A stretch of DNA of 40,659 nucleotides from Candidatus Iainarchaeum sp. GTDB lineage: Archaea; Iainarchaeota; Iainarchaeia; Iainarchaeales; DTGL01. This document shows positions 32,581 to 40,659 of this stretch, in pieces; position 1 is the stretch's first letter; each line of letters begins with the position of its first letter. The stretch covers positions 1 through 40,659 of the forward strand of contig JAWALG010000007.1 of NCBI GenBank assembly GCA_038886995.1, given 5' to 3'. A model generated the notes under the pieces. It searched no databases and had not been told where the DNA came from. It worked only from the letters and a program-made list of their open reading frames with translations. Made by a program: the position numbers and the translations under genes.

Positions 32581-33144
32581 TTAAAACCGCTTTTTCTTAA
32601 AAGGCCTTACAAAGATATAATGCTTCTCCTCGGCTGAGGTAAGCTCGGTTATTATGCGCTTCACTATAAGCTTTTTAGGGTTTGGTAAGAGAGGTATCCT
32701 CTTCTCAATTTCCTCAAAGGTTTCGAATGGCTTCTTTTCCCTTTCCGAAAGTATTTGGTTAAGGTGCTTCTTGCCAATGCCTGGCAAAAGCTCCAATTGG
32801 TGCATCCTGACGCTGATCGGTGCAGAATTGTTGAAGAAATCTAAGAACCTTTTCATATCTTCCTCAATTATCTTTTCTATGGCTGCCTCCAGCTCAGTTT
32901 TTGCTCCCCCGCTTAAGTCGTCATAGCTTATGCGCCTTTTAACTGAAGCAATTGCATCACGTTTTTCCTTGCCAACGTAGACCTTTTCAAAAATTTTAAG
33001 CTCCCTTAGCGGAACAACTTCAAGCAAAGTAAAGTATCTTGTGCCCAAAACATGTGCTAACGCTTCAGCATTCTTACCTCTACCTTTTCCGACATATTCG
33101 AGCACCAATGCGTGCTCTTCCATAAAAATATTTTCCCCTTCCAT
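32581..33144 (-). CDS. DUF655 family putative RNA-binding protein
   Basis: FTLLEV, FFNNSAPISVRMHQLELLPGIGKK; conserved archaeal rpl21e-rpoF-DUF655-ksgA order. Confidence 0.92.
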   Translation of the reverse strand: MEGENIFMEEHALVLEYVGKGRGKNAEALAHVLGTRYFTLLEVVPLRELKIFEKVYVGKEKRDAIASVKRRISYDDLSGGAKTELEAAIEKIIEEDMKRFLDFFNNSAPISVRMHQLELLPGIGKKHLNQILSEREKKPFETFEEIEKRIPLLPNPKKLIVKRIITELTSAEEKHYIFVRPFKKKRF

Positions 33145-33494
33145 CAGCTCTCCTTCTTTTTAGGCCCGTACTTTTTTATAATCTGAAGCACTGCCTCAAG
33201 GTCTTCATCTTTAAGCTCATCCTTTTTGTCCGGCAAAAGACGCAGAATTTCAATGTCTTGAGGCAGAATATCTACAATCTTTACTGCTAACTCAGGCCTT
33301 ATTTTGCCAAGCTTTGCTAACTCTTCAAGTATTTTGTCACGCTGTTTCTTCGTTACCTTTGAAAACATTTTTGCATATTTTAATGCCTCTTCTTGCTCGT
33401 AGCTAAGCTCTGACTCAAGCTTCCTTTTTTCCAGAAGATTCTTCGCCTTTGAAAGCGTTACCGGCTCCCTTGATATTAGCTGCTCGCCAATCAT
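33144..33494 (-). CDS. rpoF: DNA-directed RNA polymerase subunit F (Rpo4)
   Basis: LSYEQEEALKYAKMF and AVKIVDILP; synteny. Confidence 0.92.
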   Translation of the reverse strand: MIGEQLISREPVTLSKAKNLLEKRKLESELSYEQEEALKYAKMFSKVTKKQRDKILEELAKLGKIRPELAVKIVDILPQDIEILRLLPDKKDELKDEDLEAVLQIIKKYGPKKKES

Positions 33495-33790
33495 TTTTTA
33501 CCTACCTCCAAAACTTTGAGGTGAACTGGGTGTGTTACAATTAACTTTTCTTTATTGCCATCACGAAGTTTAACCTCAACGCCTTCGCCTCTGTAAGCAA
33601 CCACTTTACCAGTTATGCCTTGAAACCTCGGGTGCGGCAAGCCACTATGAAAAGAGCTGTTTATATTTATCTGTACAGTCGAATTTATGGCTGGTTTTGA
33701 GAGAACCTTATTTACTGTAAGCTTTTCTCTCGGAGCTCTTAACTTATGCCTCGTTTTAGACCTTTGACCCTTAGACCTTTTTCCAGTCAT
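33491..33790 (-). CDS. rpl21e: 50S ribosomal protein L21e
   Basis: RSKGQRSKTRHKL, GLPHPRFQGITG and HPVHL. Confidence 0.95.
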   Translation of the reverse strand: MTGKRSKGQRSKTRHKLRAPREKLTVNKVLSKPAINSTVQININSSFHSGLPHPRFQGITGKVVAYRGEGVEVKLRDGNKEKLIVTHPVHLKVLEVGKK

Positions 33791-33977
33791 CAAATCACCA
33801 ATCTTACCTCTAACCAAACATTTTGAATAAAATAATCATTCATGGAAAACTATTTAAAATAGCTTCTCCTCAGAAAATCGAAAAAAAGCAAAGGCGCACA
33901 AGTTTTTTAAAGGGTTTAAAAAGGGTTTAAAAATGTTTCTTATGCTTTTTTAATAAGCTGCTTAAGGTGTGATTGTT

Positions 33978-34532
33978 ATGAAATATAGGATTGTAAATCT
34001 TGTTGCATCTGCTTCATTCAATGGGACTCTTGATCTTTACAATTTAGCCATGGCAAGTCCGGACATAGAGTACGAACCAGAGCAATTTCCGGGAGCAATA
34101 CTCAAGCTTAAGGAGCCAAAAGTATCCATGCTTCTGTTCAAGAACGGCAAAACAATATGTAGTGGGGCTGCAAGTGAAAAAGAGATTGCACTAGGTCTAA
34201 AAAAAGCATCAAAACTTATACATGAGATACAACCAAGCATAAAGCCCATTACAAGGGTAAAATACACTATAGTAAATCTTGTAGCCACTGCAAGCCTAAA
34301 TAAAGATGTTGACCTTTTCAAGGCAGCACTTAACTTAGACAATGTGGAATATGAACCAGAGCAATTTCCCGGAGCTATTGTTCGAATCTATGAGCCGAAG
34401 CTTACATTGTTACTATTCAAGAATGGTAAGATAATATGTGCTGGTGCAAAGACCGAAAAACTCCTGCAGAAAGGTCTCAATAAGGCTGCAAAAATTGTTA
34501 AATCTGTGGCAAAAAAACGCACAAAGATATAA
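33978..34532 (+). CDS. tbp: TATA-box binding protein
   Basis: Two direct repeats, each with NLVA...EYEPEQFPGA...LLFKNGK.IC.GA. Confidence 0.97.
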   Translation: MKYRIVNLVASASFNGTLDLYNLAMASPDIEYEPEQFPGAILKLKEPKVSMLLFKNGKTICSGAASEKEIALGLKKASKLIHEIQPSIKPITRVKYTIVNLVATASLNKDVDLFKAALNLDNVEYEPEQFPGAIVRIYEPKLTLLLFKNGKIICAGAKTEKLLQKGLNKAAKIVKSVAKKRTKI

Positions 34533-34590
34533 GTTGGAAAAAAACAAACAATTCTCAATGTTTTTAAAGGTTTCCAAATACAATTATTTT

Positions 34591-34708
34591 GGTTGGCGGC
34601 CATACAGCGGGTGTAACACCCGGTCTCATTCCGAACCCGGAAGTTAAGACCCGCGTGGGCGTGGATTGCGCTGTGCTTTTGCATGGAGCGTCCTGCACGC
34701 TGCCAACC
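34591..34708 (+). rRNA. rrf: 5S rRNA (unlinked from 16S-23S)
   Basis: Helix I GGTTGGCGGC/GCTGCCAACC and core CCCGGTCTCATTCCGAACCCGGAAGTTAAG. 118 nt. TATA TTTTTAAA about 25 nt upstream. Confidence 0.93.
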
Positions 34709-34732
34709 ACTCTAAACTTGAAAGGTTTTCTA

Positions 34733-35242
34733 ATGAAGCACCCTGCAAGAGTTGTAAAGCCTTTCAAGAAAATTAGCAGTGCTGCGCGCAGCATTGCTAA
34801 AGTTCATTCCAAAGTTCGACTTAATTTTGCTTCTAAGCGTGCAAGTAAAAGTTCTTTTTCATTTTTGGGTTGGGAATCTGAGCCTCTTGCTAACATCCCA
34901 AAAAAATTCTTGAGAACACAGCCAAAGTTTGGAGCTGAGCCAGTTCGCCTACTGAGAAAAATAGTTGAAATAAAAACAGGGGGAATAGCTGATCAGCGCG
35001 TACCATTGACCGTCGGCATAAGCTTCCACAAGGCAGACAGAAGAACAGTAGCTTTTGTATTTCCCGCAAAAATTGAAGACATAATGAAAGAGGGCTTTGT
35101 TAGGATTAGTAATAAAACAACTTCTTGGGAAAGAAGTGCTTTTGAGTTGGAGGAAACAAACCTTAGGGAAGTTGCACTGAAGATTGGAAGTGGCATGGGG
35201 CTTAAACCTGAAGAAATCGAGGTAATTTTCACGAGAAGGTAA
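34733..35242 (+). CDS. Hypothetical protein with a basic N-terminal extension
   Basis: 169-aa ORF from ATG 34733; the listed upstream start lies inside the 5S rRNA. No family recognised. Confidence 0.65.
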   Translation: MKHPARVVKPFKKISSAARSIAKVHSKVRLNFASKRASKSSFSFLGWESEPLANIPKKFLRTQPKFGAEPVRLLRKIVEIKTGGIADQRVPLTVGISFHKADRRTVAFVFPAKIEDIMKEGFVRISNKTTSWERSAFELEETNLREVALKIGSGMGLKPEEIEVIFTRR

Positions 35243-35255
35243 TCAGAAGCAGAAT

Positions 35256-35894
35256 CTATTTGAATACGAAGCCGGTCTGCTTTGCCCAAAAAAGTAGATC
35301 CAATGCTTCCATAGGTATCTCTTTCTTCTCGCTAAATTTCCTCAATGCATTTTCCATCTCAATATACTTCTTTCGGCTAATCGTGTGTGGAATCTCTTTT
35401 ATAATGCCACAATGGAGCATATTTTTCAGTATGTGCCTGTCAATTATTGCAATATCATCATAGAAACCAATGTTCCTAAGAAAATGACTTGCCTCCTTCA
35501 TGCCGAAGCCACGGACATTTTTAACCAGCCATTCTCTAACCTTAAATTTGTCATGCTCTATTCCTTGCTCTATCAAAATATTTTTTAGCAGGTAACGCCC
35601 ATTTTGGTAAAAAGCATCCCTGGCAGCAAGTACATTCTTTGCTTTTTGTCTGTAAAACCTCGGTCCTTTTCTCAGAACACTTTCTACAAAAGCTAGGCCC
35701 CAGTCCTTTGGGTCCTTGGAAAAGAGGTATTTTACACACTGATCGCATTTGATTGCCTTGCTCTGTGGTGTTAGTAGGCAAAAAATTAACTCTTCAAAAA
35801 CAGCTTTTTCGCTTTTCCAATTGCGCTTGAACTCATCGAGGCGCCCTTTGATCTGCGGCTTGAACCGCTCATAATCAGAGAAAAGCGAATTCAT
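35256..35894 (-). CDS. ogg: 8-oxoguanine DNA glycosylase/AP lyase (Ogg2 type)
   Basis: ELIFCLLTPQS, RFYRQKA, HhH motif VRGFGMKEASHFLRNIG, AIIDRHI and C-terminal Lys. Likely start ATG 35894. Confidence 0.93.
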   Translation of the reverse strand: MNSLFSDYERFKPQIKGRLDEFKRNWKSEKAVFEELIFCLLTPQSKAIKCDQCVKYLFSKDPKDWGLAFVESVLRKGPRFYRQKAKNVLAARDAFYQNGRYLLKNILIEQGIEHDKFKVREWLVKNVRGFGMKEASHFLRNIGFYDDIAIIDRHILKNMLHCGIIKEIPHTISRKKYIEMENALRKFSEKKEIPMEALDLLFWAKQTGFVFK

Positions 35895-35936
35895 CTTAAC
35901 ACTTCCAATTCTATCTTGTAAGGATATGATTAAAAA

Positions 35937-35962
35937 CATATGTGAAAATAATTTCACATATG
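35937..35962. promoter_or_regulatory. Perfect 11-4-11 inverted repeat, putative ArsR operator
   Basis: CATATGTGAAA-ATAA-TTTCACATATG, directly downstream of TATA-like TTAAAAA (35930-35936) and overlapping the ArsR ATG (35960). Confidence 0.75.
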
Positions 35963-36280
35963 ATGCGTGCATCATACTCTAAATGTTTCAAAGCACTTTC
36001 AAGTGAGTTAAGAATGAAAATAATAGTGGCACTGGGCAACGAAAGCCTTAGTGTCAAAGAGCTTAGCGAAAAGCTCCACGAAGAGCGAAGCAAAGTTTCG
36101 CACGCATTAAGGCGTCTCCGGGGCTGTGGTTTTGTGCAAAGCAAGAAAGCTGGGAAGAAAAACATATACTCATTGACTAAGAGCATACTCAACGATGTGA
36201 AAAAGAAGGGAAACCTGTTTGACATAATTGAAGAACATGTGAGAAAAAAATGCCATAAAAAAAGCAGAAGGTGTCTTTGA
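35960..36280 (+). CDS. ArsR/SmtB family transcriptional regulator
   Basis: FKALSSELRMKII, wHTH SVKELSEKL...SKVSHALRRL..CGFV...GKKNIYSL. Confidence 0.9.
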   Translation: MMRASYSKCFKALSSELRMKIIVALGNESLSVKELSEKLHEERSKVSHALRRLRGCGFVQSKKAGKKNIYSLTKSILNDVKKKGNLFDIIEEHVRKKCHKKSRRCL

Positions 36281-37426
36281 GTGATATATTTAGACAACGC
36301 TGCAACAACGAAAGTTAGGCCAGAAGTATTTAAAGCAATGAGTCCATTCTTTAACAAAAAATACGGCAATGCTTCATCTCTGCATAGCAAAGGAATCGAA
36401 GCAAAGAGGGCTCTTGAAGATGCAAGAGAAAGTGCAGCAAGGATGCTTGATGCTGCTCCAGAAGAGATTATTTTTTGCTCGTCTGCAACTGAAGCAAACA
36501 ACCTTGCAATTAAAGGCCTAGCGCTTGAAGCCAAAAAAAAGGGAAAAAACCATTTGATTGTTTCAGCAATAGAGCACCCCTGTGTTCTAAACACTGCGAC
36601 TTGGCTTAAAGAAAATGGCTTTAAGGTTACATGCTTGCCTGTGGACAAATATGGCGTGGTCAACCTAAGCGCGCTTGAGAAATCAATAAACAGCAAAACA
36701 TTCCTTGTATCTGTGATGTACGCAAACAACGAAATTGGCACAATAGAGCCAATAGAAGAAATTGCAAAAATATGCAATGATAATGGCGTTGCTTTCCATA
36801 GTGATGCAGTCCAGGCATTTGGAAAGTTGCCTCTAAAAACAAAAGGCATAGGAATGCTTTCCCTTTCATCACATAAGATTTACGGTCCAAAAGGCGTTGG
36901 CCTTTTACTGAAAAGATCCGACCTAAAAATAGAACCGCTGCTTCATGGCGGTGGCCACGAGTTTGGCTTAAGGTCAGGAACTGAAAATGTTGCAGGCATA
37001 GTTGGTTTCGCAAAGGCCATGGAGCTTGCATTGAAAGAGATGCCAAAAGAAAGCAAGCGTCAGAGAAAGATGAGAGACAAGATAATTAAGAATGCTCTAA
37101 AGATACCTGAAACTATGCTTAACGGGCATCCGAAAAAAAGGCTCCCAAACAATGCAAACTTTTCTTTTAGGCACATAGAAGGTGAAAGCATAGTGATGAA
37201 GCTAAGTGACCATGGCATTTGCACTAGCACAGGATCAGCTTGCAGTTCGCCGAAGCTTGAGCCAAGCCATGTCTTGCTTGCCATAGGCAGAAAGCCAAGC
37301 GATGCGCACGGTTCATTAAGGGTGACATTGGGGCGATACAACAATGAAAAAGAGATTGATGTTTTTTGCAAAGTACTACCTGAAGTAATAAGGGATCTAA
37401 GGAAAATTAGCCCTTTTTGGAAATAA
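36281..37426 (+). CDS. iscS: Cysteine desulfurase (IscS/NifS group I)
   Basis: IYLDNAATT, GNASSLH, IEHPCV, PLP site SSHKIYGPKG, RSGTEN and catalytic STGSACSS. Confidence 0.96.
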   Translation: MIYLDNAATTKVRPEVFKAMSPFFNKKYGNASSLHSKGIEAKRALEDARESAARMLDAAPEEIIFCSSATEANNLAIKGLALEAKKKGKNHLIVSAIEHPCVLNTATWLKENGFKVTCLPVDKYGVVNLSALEKSINSKTFLVSVMYANNEIGTIEPIEEIAKICNDNGVAFHSDAVQAFGKLPLKTKGIGMLSLSSHKIYGPKGVGLLLKRSDLKIEPLLHGGGHEFGLRSGTENVAGIVGFAKAMELALKEMPKESKRQRKMRDKIIKNALKIPETMLNGHPKKRLPNNANFSFRHIEGESIVMKLSDHGICTSTGSACSSPKLEPSHVLLAIGRKPSDAHGSLRVTLGRYNNEKEIDVFCKVLPEVIRDLRKISPFWK

Positions 37427-37441
37427 AAAGGCGGTGGTTTA

Positions 37442-37942
37442 ATGTATAGCGAAGAAGCAATGAGACATTTCAGAAGCCCAAAAAATATGGGTGAAATAAA
37501 AGGCGCAGACGGCATTGGCAAAGTTGGTAATGTTGTTTGCGGCGATGTAATGTGGCTCTACATAAAGGTTGGCAAGGATAAGAAAGGCCGTGAAATAGTA
37601 AAGGATGTGAAATGGCGAACATTTGGCTGTGTGGCAGCCATAGCTACATCTTCGGTAGTTAGCACCATTGCAAAAGGAAAAACAATCGAGGAGTTAATGG
37701 AGCTTTCGAATGAGAAGATAGTGGAAGAGCTCAAAGGCCTGCCACCAGTAAAAGTGCATTGTTCACTATTAGCGGTAGATGCTTTGCATGAGGCAATATA
37801 TGATTACCTCAAAAAGAAAAAAAGGCCTGTGCCCGAAAAACTTGAAAAGAAGCACCAAAGAATAACCAAAGAGATTGAAAGCATTGAAAAGCGCCATAAG
37901 AATCTTACAAAAAATGAAGAAAGCCCGGATAAGAGAAAATAA
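37442..37942 (+). CDS. iscU: Fe-S cluster scaffold IscU/NifU-N with a charged C-terminal extension
   Basis: HFRSPKNMG, CGD, FGCVAAIA and LPPVKVHCSLLA. Confidence 0.95.
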   Translation: MYSEEAMRHFRSPKNMGEIKGADGIGKVGNVVCGDVMWLYIKVGKDKKGREIVKDVKWRTFGCVAAIATSSVVSTIAKGKTIEELMELSNEKIVEELKGLPPVKVHCSLLAVDALHEAIYDYLKKKKRPVPEKLEKKHQRITKEIESIEKRHKNLTKNEESPDKRK

Positions 37943-38034
37943 AAGAAATCTACTTTTTGGTTAAAAAAGCCACGCCAGAATTAAATGGTTAGTTTTTAAT
38001 TAATATTCTTATTTCTATTTCTTTCGGTGTATGC

Positions 38035-40404
38035 ATGTCAAGGAAAAAGCGCAGGGAAGAAAAAACATATGCTGGAGAAGTTCTTGCAACAAAAAGTGAT
38101 GCAAACAAGATTGGTTTTACATTTAGGCCTACGATATTCCTAAATGTAACTGCGTTAGTTCTTGTTTTAATGATTTTGCTATTTGGGTTGCTTGTTTCAT
38201 CAGGGCTTTATCACCTTGTTTTCTTTCAGGCAATATTCCTTGGAGCTCTTTTAATAGTTTTTATGTGCTATTTTGGGCTTGATAAAAAAGCTGCTTTAAT
38301 TTTGTTCTTTATATTTTTACTGGCATACACTATAAGGTGCCATAACTTACAACCTGGCTATGACTACTTCTTTGAATTTGACTCTTTTTACCATACAAGG
38401 ATGCTTGGCTATGTTATTAGGGATGGTGCACCACCAGAGATTGACTCTAACACATACTTTGGACTTCCTGCTGAAGAGAAGGCAACTCCATTTGATGGTC
38501 GCTTCTTTTGGTATTTTAGCGCTGCGCTTTATAAGATATTTTCGTTTGGCCACGGCTATGACAAAGCACTACTAGTGGAAACTGTAAAAGTGTTGCCTGC
38601 TTTATATGGTGCCATAATAAGCGTTCTAATGTTCTTTTTCGGCAAGGAGCTTTTCGGCAGAAAAGCCGGTTTTGTGACTGCATTTGCAACCGCAACAATG
38701 CAAGCTTACGCTTATAGAACAATGGGTGGGTTCTTTGAGGATGATTCATTGGGCTTCTTGGGCCTTGTGGCTGGTTTTATATTCTTTTTCAGAGCGCTTA
38801 AGAGTGGCCTTAGCAAGGAGGGCATCATAAATGCAATTCTGGCTGGCTTCTTCTTTGCCTTTATGGGTTGGAGCTGGCCAATGTATCCTTTAATACCAAT
38901 AATACTATTCCTTTCATTGCCATTCGTCATAGTTCTAGCGTTTAGCACCAGCCAACTTTCAGAAGCCGTGAGCAGATTAAAGGCGGTTTTTCTCTACTAT
39001 GCTATTGCGCTCCTTGTTTTCACATTACTTCTTATGCCATTCAGGGGCCTCAGCTGGATAAATTCGGCTAGTGGTTATATCATGAGCGCAATACCTTTTG
39101 ATTCTGAAAAGACAGGCATTGGTGGCTACATTGCTATTGGGTTTACTAGCGTGATTCTGGCACTTTTTGTATTCCTTGTATTTGCTGCATTAAAAGATAA
39201 CCCAAACCGCACTATATTTTTCAGGGCTCTTTGTGCTTTCATGCTTTTTGCAACATTCGCCTTTGTGCTTGCAGCAACAGTCATAGATTTTGGAAACATT
39301 TTCTCAGAAAGGTTTGTTGAAAAAGGCGTCTTTGGCTCTACAGTGGGCGAAGAAAGCGCAGGAAAAGACACCTTTGGCTACAAGTACAACATGCAGATAA
39401 TATTCCCTTGGCTAGTGCTTGCTATTGCACCTTTGTGGGTTATTTTAAAGAAAGATGATTGGCTAAGCCCGTATGCGGTTGTGTGGATAGCTGTTGGCAT
39501 CTTTATGGCATGGTACAAGCTGAAGTTTACATACTCCTTTGGATTGCCTGTGGCTCTAGCAGGTGGCTTTACAGCAGCCCTTGTTTTTTTCGCTTGTGAA
39601 TACCTGGAAAGAAATAAAATGCTAGTTGGCAAAAGAATTCTTTTGCTTGCATTTGCTTTTCTGCTATTTGGCAGCGTTGCTGCTTCCTATTATTACATGC
39701 TACAGCACCCACCAAACATTGAAGAAGAGCCAGAATGGAAAAGCATGCTTTGGTGGATTCGCGACAATACTCCGAAAGAAGCAAAGATATTCAATTGGTG
39801 GGGCTCAGGCCATTGGATTGCTTTTATTGCTGAGCGCAACCCATTCTCTGACAACAGGAACCTACATTGGGAAATAAGCGATGGCGAATATGCAAGGTTT
39901 GCAGTTACTGAAGACATAAATGAAGCAATTGCTATTATCAAGCGCTATCAGCCAGATTATGTGCTACTTTCAAGTGACAATTTTCGCGGATTTGCATCCC
40001 TATACATATATGCCTACAATGTACATAAGGACAACCTTTTAACAGACCTAAGGACAAAAAACAAAGTGCCTTATGCCTTTGGAAATTGCATTTCTTGCAA
40101 AGAAGGAGAAAACGGCTACAGGTGCGGTGATTTCACTATAAGTAAAGAACAGATGGCATCTATTCCAGAAGTTTGGCAATCAAAGCCAGTAGCAACAGAC
40201 CCACAAGCAGGAACCCCTGTTTGGTATTACAAGGATATGAACAGCAGCGTTTTTTGCATATTGGGGCCTTCTCTAAACAATTCAATGTTTGCCAAGCTTT
40301 GGTTTGGAATGCCTGAGCTTAAAGAATACTTTGAGATAGCACACACAGAAAGAGGCAGTGGGATACTTAAGCTTTACACTGTTAAGAAAGAAGCTTTCAA
40401 ATGA
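38035..40404 (+). CDS. aglB: Oligosaccharyltransferase AglB/STT3 family, with a variant WWDxG motif (WWGSG)
   Basis: Multi-TM protein with EFDSFYH, RTMGGFFEDD, TVGEE and a C-terminal domain WIRDNTP...NWWGSGHWI...ERNPFSDN. Confidence 0.88.
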   Translation: MSRKKRREEKTYAGEVLATKSDANKIGFTFRPTIFLNVTALVLVLMILLFGLLVSSGLYHLVFFQAIFLGALLIVFMCYFGLDKKAALILFFIFLLAYTIRCHNLQPGYDYFFEFDSFYHTRMLGYVIRDGAPPEIDSNTYFGLPAEEKATPFDGRFFWYFSAALYKIFSFGHGYDKALLVETVKVLPALYGAIISVLMFFFGKELFGRKAGFVTAFATATMQAYAYRTMGGFFEDDSLGFLGLVAGFIFFFRALKSGLSKEGIINAILAGFFFAFMGWSWPMYPLIPIILFLSLPFVIVLAFSTSQLSEAVSRLKAVFLYYAIALLVFTLLLMPFRGLSWINSASGYIMSAIPFDSEKTGIGGYIAIGFTSVILALFVFLVFAALKDNPNRTIFFRALCAFMLFATFAFVLAATVIDFGNIFSERFVEKGVFGSTVGEESAGKDTFGYKYNMQIIFPWLVLAIAPLWVILKKDDWLSPYAVVWIAVGIFMAWYKLKFTYSFGLPVALAGGFTAALVFFACEYLERNKMLVGKRILLLAFAFLLFGSVAASYYYMLQHPPNIEEEPEWKSMLWWIRDNTPKEAKIFNWWGSGHWIAFIAERNPFSDNRNLHWEISDGEYARFAVTEDINEAIAIIKRYQPDYVLLSSDNFRGFASLYIYAYNVHKDNLLTDLRTKNKVPYAFGNCISCKEGENGYRCGDFTISKEQMASIPEVWQSKPVATDPQAGTPVWYYKDMNSSVFCILGPSLNNSMFAKLWFGMPELKEYFEIAHTERGSGILKLYTVKKEAFK

Positions 40405-40659
40405 TTCCTATGCTTTTAGCTGGCATAATAGTTTTTATTGTTTCTTTTTTAACGACATTTTTTGCCGCAAAAAAGCTCATACCACGACTTGAAAAGCGTG
40501 GCATAGTCGGCATTGACATGAACAAAGCTGCCAAGCCAAAGGTCCCTGAACTTGGCGGCCTTTTTGTTTTAATGGGCTTTTCTGCTTCCCTTGTATTGGC
40601 AATATTCCTCAAAACTTATTTAGGCATGTTGGCCTTGGATCTTACAAAACTACTGGCTG
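40401..40659 (+). CDS. aglH: UDP-GlcNAc:dolichyl-phosphate GlcNAc-1-P transferase (AglH/DPAGT1 family), truncated by the window end
   Basis: ATGA overlap with the aglB stop. Translated by hand: MIPMLLAGIIVF...GIVGIDMNKAAKPKVPELGGL, which carries the family motif. Confidence 0.85.
   Translation, partial: MIPMLLAGIIVFIVSFLTTFFAAKKLIPRLEKRGIVGIDMNKAAKPKVPELGGLFVLMGFSASLVLAIFLKTYLGMLALDLTKLLA

Noticed and set aside
33978..34532. Internal direct repeat (GAACCAGAGCAATTTCC twice)
   Set aside because: This is the normal two-repeat structure of TBP.
34589..34732. N-terminal 48 codons of the listed 217-aa ORF
   Set aside because: They overlap the 5S rRNA. ATG 34733 is the plausible start.
36278..36283. 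In-frame TGA-GTG junction suggesting an ArsR-IscS readthrough fusion (also atpE/atpC and atpA/atpB)
   Set aside because: Zero-gap stop-start junctions recur in this compact genome, each downstream gene has a normal N-terminus, and TGA is used as a true stop elsewhere. There is no sign of recoding.

Overview
A gene-dense archaeal chromosome segment, most likely from a DPANN archaeon. Iainarchaeota/Diapherotrites is my best guess, inferred from the divergent rRNA, compact layout and gene content. RNA genes: 16S-tRNA-Ala(TGC, 12-nt intron)-23S, RNase P RNA, tRNA-Lys(CTT) and an unlinked 5S rRNA. Protein genes: serS-like, DNA ligase, gatD, a NUDIX hydrolase, a bacterial-type deoxyhypusine synthase-like gene, a complete A-type ATPase operon (H-I-K-E-C-F-A-B-D, Na+ signature), pyrB-I-C-E-F-D-K, form III RuBisCO, AMP phosphorylase, rpl21e-rpoF-DUF655-rsmA, tbp, ogg, an ArsR-iscS-iscU cassette, aglB and the start of aglH. 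No CRISPR array, transposase or integrase is visible. Five observations stand out. (1) There are many substitutions at near-universal rRNA functional-centre positions, several of them compensatory (23S A2503C, G2576U, C2556A, A2453G/U2500C; 16S G1405A/C1496U, C1400U). (2) The RNase P RNA has a reduced architecture that fits neither type A nor type M. (3) AglB reads WWGSG where WWDxG is expected. (4) The SerRS amino-acid pocket is remodelled. (5) A Cys-rich ArsR with a perfect 11-4-11 operator heads iscSU and is divergent from ogg. All alignments and E. coli numbering were done by eye from remembered consensus sequences.
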